NCBI RefSeq assembly: GCF_001194135.2
Contig: NC_068990.1
Location: forward strand, 43,617,893-43,681,892
Length of the DNA: 64,000 bases
Direction: 5' to 3'
Source: Octopus bimaculoides
Taxonomy: Eukaryota
In this document: positions 50,861 to 62,765 of the stretch, piece after piece
Position numbering within the stretch: position 1 is the stretch's first letter
Layout of the letters: each line of letters starts with the position of its first letter
Program-made: the position numbers and the translations under genes
The notes under the pieces: generated by a model
What the model was told of the DNA's origin: nothing
Database searches by the model: none
The model's input: the letters and a program-made list of their open reading frames with translations, nothing else

Positions 50861-53800
50861 ATGTCTTTTCCAGGGCCAGGCCATGGTAACGTGTATATAT
50901 GTATATATTTACATGCACATACGCACACTTATATTTTATTGTCTTTGGAAAACTAATATTTATCTCTGCTTTCATTTGTCATTTGAGTATTTTTTGAAAC
51001 TAACATAGCTTTGTTTTAATTTCTCTTTCTCTCTATGTTTTGTCAAGAATCTTTAAATTCTGCTCAAACATTTTAATTTACTTGTGCATGCATGTCTTTC
51101 GCACCAAAAACTTTGATTCTAAATTTAACGTTCCCCTTTTACAGACAAGTAAAATGAACCTTCCTATATTCCTAATCTAATTCCTGGTAAATAACCACGA
51201 TGTCCTTAATGAGTTTCGTCTGTCGTTTGTTTAATTAGCTGGCGCTTTGCTGCTGATAAAAATCCGTTTACTATAATTTAGTTCGACCTGTTAGTGGTCA
51301 ATTCTTCGTCCTTCAAGACAAAAAAAAAAGATGAGAAAAGAAAAAAAGGAAGTACACATTGAAAACGTAAACCGAGATGCATAGGCTATGACTAGAAAAA
51401 GGATGGACATGGCCGGAATACTTTTGATCCGTAGGTCTGCTGAATCAGAAGCGACTTAGGTCTAAAAACAACAGCCTCTATAGTTCTTTGAAACCAGAAT
51501 AATCCAAAGTATTTTGACGTTATGTTTTATTTGTGATATGTTGTAAAAAAAAAAAAAGAAAAAAGCTAACGAGTTATTTAAATTTGACAAATTCCCCCGT
51601 AGTGTTGGTTTTGTTTTGTTTTCTAAAATTATACAATGAGGGTACAGAGAAACGATCTATTACGGACTCTAGAGAAGAGACAAAAAGGCGAATATCGATC
51701 CGGTACTGACTTGAACTCAGAAGTAAAGCACCAAAAGAGATTTTGTTGTGCATCATTTTCCTAGTAGCTCTCAACTATCAACACAGCCATGAACCATAAC
51801 CATCAGAAAAGCTTCTTCCTGGTTGCACAACCTGCTAAAGATAGCAGCCGGATCTCTCTCAAACCAAACCTATCACGTCAAGAAAAGAAGACACTGGGCA
51901 ATGTAATCTTAAATGTACGGAAAAAGACAATATCTTCGCTTGAATACCTATCATCATAGGTCTTTTCAGTCAGGAGAAGCTAAATAACAGCTATGATAAG
52001 TCTCTACCTGCAAAAAATAACAACCAAATCTCCTTCAAATTACGCCCTACGTCTTTTAAAAAAATGGACACGTTAGATTGTGTAGATGTAGACATTATGT
52101 CTGGAGAAAAAGAAAACAGAAAAGATAAGGTGGTCTTTGCTAAAAGGCCTTAGATGTTGGTCTGCTTGATGATTTCTGTCCTGAAGCTGAACCACAATCA
52201 TAATTGTCGTAATAAATAATATATATCAAAACTAAGGTCTCTAGATGATGAAATAGAAAGTTAGAATAGGTCCTAATAGTTGCATAAATAACTAATGATT
52301 TCTTAACTTTGGCACAGGGCCACATTCGGTAGAAGAAACATACAATCGATGCGTGTATGTGCGTATATTTATGTACACACAAACATGTATGTATGTATGT
52401 GGTCTAGCAGTTTTAATAATACAAGGCAAGCAAAACAATTTTTTTTTAATTCAGAAAGTTTAAGAAATCCTGAATTGTTAAATCTTACTCTCACACACAC
52501 ATGCGTGTATGTGTAAAGTGAAGGTTGTTTTTTTTTTCTGTGAATTAAGAACAGAAAATAATTAAATTAACCATTTCCGAGGGTTGAAAAAGTTGCTTAT
52601 TCGATCTCTTGAATCATTTTGATATTTTTGTTTTTTTGAGTAAAATAATCGCTATGACATGTCCTTTTCATTCTAGTGAAACTCACTTCGTTCCCATTAA
52701 TTTCATTGTCTTTAAATGCTGAAAATTTCTCTTGGAAATATATTGTTTTTGTCTTTTCTTTTAATCTGTCCTGTTTTCTCCAGGGAATATTTCTATTTCC
52801 TTTTAAGTGCGTCTATTAAAAATATACTCTCCACACGTTCTCTTAAAAATAATTACTTAGAAAAACATGGGCTGCTTCAGTTATTTTCTAATTTTGACAT
52901 TCTGTGTAGTTATCATTTACTCTTAAGTGAAAACTTAATATATATTTATCTCTTTATTATTTTTTATTTTTATTTTGAAACCATCTAGAGATTTAAGGAA
53001 TTTTATATATTTCTTTCGGTAATTATCAGCAAATGATAATAATAATAATAATAAAAATCATTTCAAATTTTGCCACAAGGGCAGCTATTGGGAGAGGGAA
53101 AATAGATATGTGTGCTGTGAGAGTTGTAAAGGTTGTCAAAGATATCAAAATGACAAACCACTACCACTACAATATATAAAAGGATAAACAAAACGTTGCG
53201 ATGTTAGTATTTTATTGTAAATTAATAAAAATGCTACATCTATCCGAACTGTTATTTGAAGAGACAACGGAAAATATGAAAACAGAAGCAAGCTTTATCA
53301 AATTTCATTACGTGCTTAATTTTCTTTCTAGAAAGATGTCGACGTCCGAATTTCTCTCTTTGCTGTTATTAATAATATTATTAACTTTTTCTGATATTTT
53401 GTAAAAGTTCATGTTTGATACTGCAAATATCTATACATATTTTTCGTCGTGAAAATTATCTTATTCTCAAATATAAGTTGCTTAAAATATAATTTTCTAC
53501 GCGGATTGATGATGACAACAAAGTACTTGTAAAAATTAAAATGCTCAATCCACTGACGTTTGCAGTTCTAAAGCAATTACAGCATTTTATATTTAACAGA
53601 GATTCATTTTCGATTTGTTTCTATAACTTACTATTTCTAAACTAGAAGAATGAACTAGAATCTCGAAGCTAAAGTTTAACATGTCGAGTATTAAAAAGTA
53701 TAAAAAGGGGGGAAAAAATAGAGGGCAGTTTCTCTATCATATGCGAATAGCTAAGTAAAATGTTTTTGATAATTAGAAGCATAGGATGTTAAAGGAAACA

Positions 53801-54319
53801 AAGTAACAGAATAGTGTAAGTGTGTTGTTATTGTTTAACCCCAGATCAACTTCGAGCAGGCTTATGATCAAGGCATTCCACAGAGACCATCTCGACATTT
53901 GGAGTGTTATCGAGGACTGTGTTATATATTTTTAAAGCAGTGTGATTTGGTTGCTGTTTCTAGCAAATACATTGACCACGTAAAGGGTTTTCTCGTTTCG
54001 AAATAATGTTTTGCTGATCAAATTGAGTAAAAGGTATTTGTGAAACAGTTGTTAGTAATGCAGTTTCTGTAGGGGAACAGCTGGGGAAAGTGACCTTAAT
54101 ATGTAGGAAAAGGATATATACGAATTCAGATGCTGTGTGTGAATAGAGAGAGGGGAGGTTAGTATAATAAACAGGAGATACAGAACTCAATACATAAGTG
54201 TATGTTTATTTTCAAGAGCTGAGAGTTTCATGCATGCCACTTAGCAAATTAGTTTGGTAAGAGCCCTGTATGAAACTATTGGTCTTTAAGTAATTTTTGC
54301 AACTTTCTGCCAGCTTATG

Positions 54320-54362
<43 letters not shown>

Positions 54363-54448
54363 TTAGATTCAGGTGAATATGGTACTTAAGTTTAGGCACC
54401 AGAATTAAGTATGGTATTATCCATACAGTTTCAAAATAAGATGATTAA

Positions 54449-54552
54449 AGTCAAAATAAGCAACAAGAATATCCAAAGTTAATGCAGTACGATCGTTTCA
54501 TGCATGAAATGATCGTACTGCATTAACTTTGGATATCCTTGTTGCTTATTTT

Positions 54553-54556
<4 letters not shown>
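54449..54556. repeat. 108-bp near-perfect loopless palindrome
   Basis: 52 of 54 positions pair. The centre is ATG|CAT at 54502/54503. Confidence 0.95.
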
Positions 54557-54593
<37 letters not shown>

Positions 54594-54789
54594 CCAAATG
54601 TAGGGAATGGAGTAGGTAAAATCCAGGCTACATATGTTTCCTAGCTAGCAGAGCCTCAGAAGTAGTAATTACTCAACAAGGGGTATTCAGCTCGCTACTC
54701 ATCAGGCTAAAGATACTTTAGTCAAATGAAGGTTACATTGTTGTCAAGGGATTCCATGTTAACTCATTTGATTGAAATTATGATATATG

Positions 54790-55710
54790 TATATACTAGC
54801 TGACATACCTGGTAATTCCCAGGAAAGCGGGGCTTATCCCTTGGTTCTGTTTCTCATAATAGTTTCACTAATCCAGTAACAACAGTACAAAGTATGTAGC
54901 CCTTAAAATGGTTTTTATGCATTTACAGAGAATACTGAACTGTCTTACACAGGATCTTGTTTTTAGGAATTCCCAATAAGTTATGAATACCCAAATTGTG
55001 AAGACAGTTATGTAATAACATGAAATTAATTACCCGATTGTAAGAATTCAAATAAAGTAGCCCCGAAAAGGGCTTTAATACGTTCGCAGAGTATATAGAA
55101 CTTAGGAGGAAATACTAATAAGGTATGTATACTAAAATCGTGAAGCATGTTACGTAATAACAGGCTATGAGATAGTAACAATTCAAAGTAAATAACTCTG
55201 AAAGGGGCTTTTGTGTGTTCCCAGAGAATATTAGCCTCAGGGGCACTAGTGTTGGTATATTCAGGAATAAGTCACAAACCGAAATAAGTGGATCTATTAT
55301 TTAGGAAAATACTATATACTTGTTTAAGCATTGTACTATATAAATTACGAGTATAACTCAAATAGTTCAAATACTAAGAAATAGGCATATTCAATTTGAT
55401 TTGTTCAAAATAATTTACAAACATGGATGGGTTATTTCCCTTGGCTATATAAAGATCCCTTTCAGGAGCAAATGGGTTATTTCCCTTGGGTGTTTAAAAA
55501 TATTAGTTATATGTTGTAGATATAAGAATCCCTTCCAGGGGCCCTATTATCGGGTTTTTTTCAACAATCTAAGTATGTCACTAGGTTTCCAGACATGAGT
55601 TCTACTCACATGTTAAGTTTCATCAAAATCGATAAAATAGTGTAGGAGGAGTTAGATAATGCCTCAGACAAACACCCACACAGATTTCCACATATGTAGT
55701 ACATATTCAT
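54790..55710 (+). mobile_element. Probable non-autonomous Helentron/Helitron-type (DINE-1/Lep1-like) element
   Basis: Begins atatactagctgacatacctgg, has degenerate internal subrepeats, and ends aagtttcatcaaaatcg...cagacaaacacccacacagatttccacat. This resembles Lep1/HINE termini recalled from memory. Confidence 0.5.
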
Positions 55711-55839
55711 TCAGTCGATTCGAGAATGTCTTATCCTCATCAGGGATTAAAATATTCAAAAATTTCACTGGTTTAACCTACAACTCATTCAAAGGAAGTA
55801 TGAACAGTATGTATGGGATTATATATTATATAATATGGC

Positions 55840-56735
55840 ATGTAAAAAGCACCATCCGATCGTGGTCAATGCCAGCTCCTCTAGCCCCTGTACCAGTGGC
55901 AAGTAAAAAGCACCCACTACACTCTCGGAGTGGTTGGCGTTAGGAAGAACATCCAGCTGTAGAAACACTGCCTGATGAGGATGATATGTTACATATATAT
56001 TATACATATATATTTTGTAGATGAGATTGTTGCCAGTGTTCCTGGACTGGCTCTTGTGCGGGAGGCACATAAAATACACCATTTTGAGCGTGGCCGTTGC
56101 CAGTACCGCCTGACTGGCCTTTGTGCGGGTGACACGTAAAAGCACCCACTATACACTCTGAGTAGTTGGCGTTAGGAAAGGCATCCAACTGTAGAAACTC
56201 TGCCAAATCAGATTGGAGCCTGGTGTTGCCATCCGGTTTCACCAGTCCTCAGTCAAATCGTCGAACCCATGCTAGCATGGAAAGCGGACGTTAAACAATG
56301 ATGATGATGATGTTACATATATATATTATACATATATATATTGTAGATATATATATATATATATATATATATANNNNNNNNNNNNNNNNNNNNNNNNNNN
56401 NNNNNNNNNNNNNNNNNNNNNNNNNNNNNNNNNNNNNNNNNNNNNNNNNNNNNNNNNNNNGGCACATAAAATACACCATTTTGAGCGTGGCCGTTGCCAG
56501 TACCGCCTGACTGGCCTTTGTGCGGGTGACACGTAAAAGCACCCACTATACACTCTGAGTAGTTGGCGTTAGGAAAGGCATCCAACTGTAGAAACTCTGC
56601 CAAATCAGATTGGAGCCTGGTGTTGCCATCCGGTTTCACCAGTCCTCAGTCAAATCGTCGAACCCATGCTAGCATGGAAAGCGGACGTTAAACAATGATG
56701 ATGATGATGTTACATATATATATTATACATATATA
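55840..56735 (+). repeat. Tandem triplication of the RTE-tail element plus its AT-rich 3' flank, spanning a gap
   Basis: The flank atgttacatatatattat follows each of three copies. Copies 2 and 3 share private variants (gtcgaacc, ttaaacaatg). Confidence 0.8.
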
Positions 56736-57259
56736 TAAATATATGAAGCATTATTACTGTTAAAAGCAGTAATAATGAGGTGGCTAGCAAGACTTCTACC
56801 TAAACAGGTATAATATGAAATATTTGAATAAAAGAAGGGTAAAAATACTGCTTGCCAAATATGAAAGCGAAAGCTTCAAAAACCGCCAATACTACAGTAA
56901 ATACACACAAGAGCAATGCAATGAATATTTTAAAAAATAGGCCTACCCTCAGGATGAAATTTGAAGGTAGCTTACTACATACCCCAATATCAATTGATTT
57001 CATACTGTGCATAAGAAAACATGCTTTGCAATCATCAGTTGGAGACAGTATTCAACATATATTTCTATAATATTCATTATGTCAACTCATGTGCATTTCT
57101 AACTTTTAAACGTCCCACTCTGTTTAAAGAGAAAACTATCATAAACAATAAAAAAGTAAATATATGAGGCATTATTACTGTTAAAAACAGTAATAATGAG
57201 GTGGCTAGCAAAACTTCTACCTAAACAGGATTAATATGAAATATTTGAATAAAAGAAGG
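56736..57259. repeat. 103-bp direct repeats (56736-56838 and 57157-57259), each containing a hairpin
   Basis: taaatatatga.gcattattactgttaaaa.cagtaataatgaggtggctagc...gaataaaagaagg occurs twice with an offset of 421 bp. Confidence 0.9.
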
Positions 57260-57329
57260 ATATATATAATATATGTATAATATATATATATTTGATATAT
57301 ATATCTAATATCTCTCTCTTTCTCTCTCT

Positions 57330-57368
<39 letters not shown>

Positions 57369-57791
57369 ATATAATGTTATGTATATAAATATTATATATC
57401 TATATGCATTATATATCCATGTAATATATATATATATATGTCCCCCGCTAAGTTACGGGGACGTAAACACACCACCATTGGTTGTCAAGCGATGTTGTGG
57501 GGACAAACACACAAACNNNNNNNNNNNNNNNNNNNNNNNNNNNNNNNNNNNNNNNNNNNNNNNNNNNNNNNNNNNNNNNNNNNNNNNNNNNNNNNNNNNN
57601 NNNNNNNNNNNNNNNNNNNNNNNNNNNNNNNNNNNNNNNNNNNNNNNNNNNNNNNNNNNNNNNNNNNNNNNNNNNNNNNNNNNNNNNNNNNNNNNNNNNN
57701 NNNNNNNNNNNNNNNNNNNNNNNNNNNNNNNNNNNNNNNNNNNNNNNNNNNNNNNNNNNNNNNNNNNNNNNNNNNNNNNNNNNNNNNNNNN

Positions 57792-58130
57792 GGCACATAA
57801 GATGTACCATCTTGAGCGTGACCATTGCCAGTACCACCTGACTGGACTTTGTAGGGTTTTCAAGCGAGATCATTGCCAGTGCCCCTGGACTGGCTCTTGT
57901 GCGGGTGGCACATAAAAGACACCATTTCGAGCGTGGCCGTTTTCGTGCGGGTGACACGTAAAAGCACCCACTACACTCTCTGAGTGGTTGGCGTTAGGAA
58001 GGGCATCCAGCTGTAGAAACTCTGCCAAATTAGATTGGAGCCTGGTGTTGCCATCCGGTTTCACCAGTCCTCAGTCAAATCGTCCAACCCATGCTAGCAT
58101 GGAAAGCGGACGTTAAACGATGATGATGAT
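57792..58130 (+). mobile_element. Young RTE-tail element with several upstream modules
   Basis: Three ggcacataa/gacacgtaaaa modules followed by the canonical tail. Confidence 0.88.
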
Positions 58131-58478
58131 ATACGATAAACGATATACTTTGGTAACTGTGGTGTAGCTGAGAAGCTAGTAAAGAGTCTAAACTTTATAT
58201 ATTCCAAATGTGGTGCAGTAGGAACAACTATTAATTACTTAGGTTACTCTTTAATAAAGATTGATTCATTTAGAAATCTGTCACTTGGTTAACACCACCA
58301 CCTGTTCTTGGGTGCATTTTGCAGAGTACGATCTATTGTAAGTTTCTGAACCTCCTGCCTGTGTTGGAGGTTGTGATAAATGTCATAAGTCGAAGGTTTC
58401 TTTTGAAAGGGCTACATATAAAAAAATGATACATGCCATTCACAGTATGAATGGCATGTATCATCTATTGTTTCCAAC

Positions 58479-58479
<1 letters not shown>

Positions 58480-58509
<30 letters not shown>

Positions 58510-58740
58510 GTTTAACGTCCGCTTTCCATGCTAGCATGGGTTGGGCGATTTGACTGAGGACTGGTGAACCAGATGGCTACACCAGGCTCCAATCTGATTT
58601 GACAGAGTTTCTACAGCTGGATGCCCTTCCTAACGCCAACCACTCAGAGTGTAGTGGGTGCTTTTACGTGTCACCGGCACGAAGGCCAGTCCGGTGGTAC
58701 TGGCAACGGCCACGCTCAAAATGATGTATTTTATGTGCTA
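58480..58740 (-). mobile_element. RTE-tail element in reverse orientation
   Basis: (atc)n cgtttaacgtccgctttccatgctagc...gatgcccttcctaacgccaacc. Confidence 0.88.
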
Positions 58741-61379
58741 CTTCCATTTATCAAGTGATATCTCTCAGCTGCATCTCCTTGGGTCAGGAGAAAGGTAATG
58801 CCAGTACATCTATGAGAATCAATCAAATGTAAGTATTACCAAGAAAGCTACACTCAAAAACTTTAATGGTAGCCACCCACCCCTAACTATTCCTAGGTCT
58901 GGTGGATGATTGAGTTTACCCACTCTTGTAGACAGGTATTTTTCTTTTCGTCCTGCTAGTATGTCCATCCAGCTTCCAGTCAAGACCCAAGAGCAGCGTT
59001 TATTGTAGTTGCCAAGCACACCACCATGAAACAAGTAGTACTGGCTTACATGATTACAATTAGTAGCTATTGTCTTTCTATCTGACCTGACACCATTCGT
59101 TACTATATAACTGTGAAAAATGGAATGAAAAGGTATGAGCTAAGTATAGTTCATTGAATCAGCAAAGCTAATTTATAACAGTGGTTGAACACAAGTGAAT
59201 TTAAAGAGCAAATGGACATTAAAGATATTCACACATGTATGCAGGTTGTGCTGTTCTTGATGTTGGTTGTGAAAATGTAAATGCACTGGTGTAAGACCTG
59301 GAGAAAGTTCTTAAAATAGATTCACTTATTTTGGACATAGAAGCAAGATGTGCATATAATTGTATTGATTTATAAACCATCCTGTTCATGTCAGCATGAA
59401 AAACAGGATGTTAAAATAATATTCTAATAGAGGCACAAGTTTTGACATTTTGGAGAGGGTAATGGAGTATTTTGTTAAAAGAATGACAAAAGCAATAATA
59501 AAATTTAAGGATTTGTGTCTCATCAGCTCAGTCATTGATGATATTAAGCAAACTTTGGTTCTTTGGATTTATTTGATATTTAGATGTATGAGGGGATATT
59601 TTTAATAAAATAAAACTTTTTGTATGACTCAGTTGGAGGAAGAAGGGCAGCTCTCATGATACTTTGCTAGGCCTCAGATTCTGGCGGCAGTAAGTTATCC
59701 TCAGTCTGGAGCGTTTGACTAAAATTCTTTTAACAGACTGTATTTTGCTAATGGCACCAGGGGGTCAAATTGTGAAAGTCAAACCTGCCTTTAGTAAACC
59801 ATTAGTGGGTCAGAAAAATAAACGTTTGTTGATAGTATTAAAACTTCCTCAGGCAGTCAGTTTTCACAAGATTACAGTTCTTTGATTTTCTATTGTGTCA
59901 AATTTCTCAATACCTGATTCTGAGACAAAATCCTCATAATCATTTAGTGTCCATGTTCCCTACTGGTATAGGTTGGAAAGTTTTACAAGATCTGATGAGT
60001 CCAAGGATTGCATTGGCAATGTTTCTACAGCTGGATGCCCTTCCTCCAACCACTGTACAGTATGTACTGGGTGCTTTTTTTTTTTTTTTTTCATGCACTA
60101 ACACTAATGAGGTTGCTATGCAGTTCGCAAGAGTACGAACCCCAAGGGAGGTGGAGAGGGGGGTCAACCTTATGCTGGGTGTTGAGGAGATACAGTGTGA
60201 GAGAGAGGTTTATGTAGAGCTGCATGGTTACTCACATTTAGTAAGAGAGGGAAAGAATGGTCAGTAGGAGCTGTGAAGAGATAGATATTAGAGATGGAGT
60301 GTCTAGGTGGCCCCTCAAGGTAGAAGTAGATGGGTTGCATTTGGTGCTATATTGTATAGAGAGCAAGAGATAAAGGAATAGGGGTGGGGGCAGCTTACAA
60401 CTGTAAAAAGATTGGGTAATGTTTTATTATTCAGAAAAGATCAGAATAATACTAAAACATATCCAGAGTTATTCTCCATGGTTGGAAGTGAAAGGAAAGA
60501 TATTGGAAATAAGAAGATAAGATGTTAGTATGTTGTGAAATTAAATGGAGAGGGAATAACTCCTAGATGAGTGAGGTGGTTATTTAACCCCAGGCAAGCA
60601 CTGTATGAACATATCCTATGATCATAGACACTCCAGCAATGGCCAGTCTGTCTTTATTTTAAGCAATACGATATTGTCATTTTTTTTCTTTTTTAAGATA
60701 TAATATGATTTGAGGGGAATCTGATTGCTACTTCTTGCAGTTTAAGTAACCCCAGCTGTGACTTTGTCTCCCTACTACCATATTATCCAGTATTATCCTT
60801 CTTTTTTAAAACAGTACTGTTTGATTTGACTGTATTTACAGATATTTGGCTGCTGTTTCTAACATGTTAAAGTTTTTTTTATTTTTTAGAGCGATTCAGC
60901 TGTTATTTATAGTGTATGATTTGAGGAATATTTGCCCCTCCTCAACTTTCTCAGTTACCTTTACTCTCCCCTCCCTCTACTCTGCCTCCGCCACTGACCT
61001 CCTTCCTGCACCTTCTCTCCCCACTCTGTGTTACTCTCTGTCATCAATTCCTAACTTACATACCTACTACAGCGCCCTCACATACCTACTACAATCCCTG
61101 TCCCCCCCCCCTCGAGCCTTTCCTATATTTCTCTCCATCATTTGCTACAGTCACCTCATCCTGTCCACTCACCCAGCCTAAGCCCCTATATCACCTCACC
61201 TATTCTCACCACTCCCAATATTCCTTGAGGGCATGCCCTGACACATCCCTGCCATCATCTCTCTCACTATCATTCCCTTTATCTTACTCGCTTAACTCAC
61301 TCTCCTTTGTTTTCCAACTGCACAGAGCCACACTCTTTCAATACTGCTCACCTCCCACATCCCAGTTGAAGGGTTCTTG

Positions 61380-61780
61380 CAAGATAGTTGGTGATCCTGT
61401 CAGTGCTGGTGTCACTTAAAAAGCACTGGTGCTGGTGCCACATAAAAAGTATCATTTGAGTGTTGGGCTTCACAGGGGCAATGACAAATGACCAAGACCC
61501 TTAACAATTTGCCATGCTTGGGAAGATCCATCAAGCCAGGTGAAATTGTAGTCATGGCAGATACTGGTGTCACACAACTGGCACCCATGCTGGTGGCATG
61601 TAAAAGACACCAATGCTGGTGCCACATAAAAAGCACCATTAGGAAGGGCATCCAGCCATAGAAACCAAGCCAAAACAGGCTATGGAACCTGGTGCAGCTC
61701 CTAGCCTTGCCAGCTCCTATCAAAGTGTCCAACCCATGCCAGCATGGAAAATAGACATTAAATGATGGTGGTGATGATAT
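61380..61780 (+). mobile_element. Older RTE-tail element with multiple stem-loop modules
   Basis: tggtgccacataaaaagcacca modules and a gaagggcatccagc tail. A related copy lies at about 63020-63350. Confidence 0.75.
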
Positions 61781-61824
61781 TTGCATTGTGTGAACAACAG
61801 CATTGTTAGTAATTAAATTTTCAA

Positions 61825-62200
61825 CAAGGGCAGGCATGGCTGTTGGAGTTGAGAAGTTTGCTTTCCAACCACATGGTTTCAGGTTCAGTTCTACTGCATT
61901 TCACCTTGAGCAAGCCTCTTGTACTATATCTCCAGGCCAACCAAATCTTTGTGAATGGATTTGGTAGATCAAAACTGAAAGAGGCCAATCATGTGTGTGT
62001 ATATTTATGTGCATGTTTCTTTGTGTTTGTCCCCCATCACCACTTGCCAACCAAAGTGGGTGTGTTTACATTGCTGTAACTTAGCTGTTTAGCATAAGAA
62101 ACTGATAGAATAAGTACCAGACTTTAAAAAGTAAGTACTAGGGTCAATTTGTTCAACTAAACCTTTCAGTACAGTGCCGCAGCATGGCTGCATTTCCAGT
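61825..62200 (+). mobile_element. tRNA-headed CORE-like SINE, decayed
   Basis: ggcatggctgttgg...caggttcagttc...ccttgagcaag...gatagaataagtacc...cagcatggctgc. Confidence 0.72.
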
Positions 62201-62538
62201 GGTGAGAGAGACAAGGAAGTATCACTGTAACTTTGGCAGAATCAATTCTATGAGCTATTTTTGTTTGAAAAAACACCAGTTTATTGCTGTTCTCGCTGAT
62301 ATGTGTGTGTGCATATATCTTTCATCTGCTGTTTCTTGCAAGTCAAGTGACTGTACCACAGCTCTTTTGTGAAGCTATTGTATTTACTGGCACACAATGT
62401 AATGTAAACATGTAGGGTAAAAATGCAGACATCATCACTATCTTTCCAAATTCTGCTGCATTTTACATAAAATTCTTGATCTGAAAATGTCAACTTGTAT
62501 GCCAGAAAACTTGGCGTGTTGATGATAAGAGGTTAAAC

Positions 62539-62765
62539 CAGTGGTTCACAACTGGGGTCCATATAAGATTTTGTTGTTAAAATTTATTTGCAATAAATTG
62601 GTTAAACTTCTACAATGCACAAAATATTTTAATTTTGTTTATACAGTTTCTAATAATATTTAATTATAAAAATATATAGTATGATTTTTTTAAAGCATCA
62701 AATAGGTCCATCTGAGTAAAATAGGAATTAAAACAGTCCATTAGTAAAAATGGTTGAGAAACATG
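62539..62765. mobile_element. hAT-type MITE, same family as 26310
   Basis: cagtggttcacaactggggtccatataag ... aaaatggttgagaaacatg. Confidence 0.72.

Larger units (their letters stand above)
7166..57791. other. Twelve assembly gaps, about 5 kb of N in total
   Basis: N-runs at 7166-7265, 11310-12256, 18025-18554, 24407-24929, 28992-29585, 30773-31198, 32590-33520, 34396-34495, 35758-35767, 37194-37668, 56374-56460 and 57517-57791. Nearly all are bordered by simple repeats or young elements. Confidence 0.98.

Noticed and set aside
53335-53404. Signal-peptide-like MSTSEFLSLLLLIILLTFSDIL after an AG
   Set aside because: The hydrophobicity comes from an AT-rich palindrome, the frame stops at once, and the donor is weak.
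58329-58350. Apparent 13-nt microexon (ttttgcag|AGTACGATCTATT|gtaagt)
   Set aside because: It lies inside what appears to be a decayed RTE coding fragment, and the length is not frame-preserving.
59589-59851. Possible mariner-type MITE (tgagggga...ttcctca) containing a GCA|GTAAGT donor
   Set aside because: The terminal match is short and degenerate, and no frame supports a host exon.
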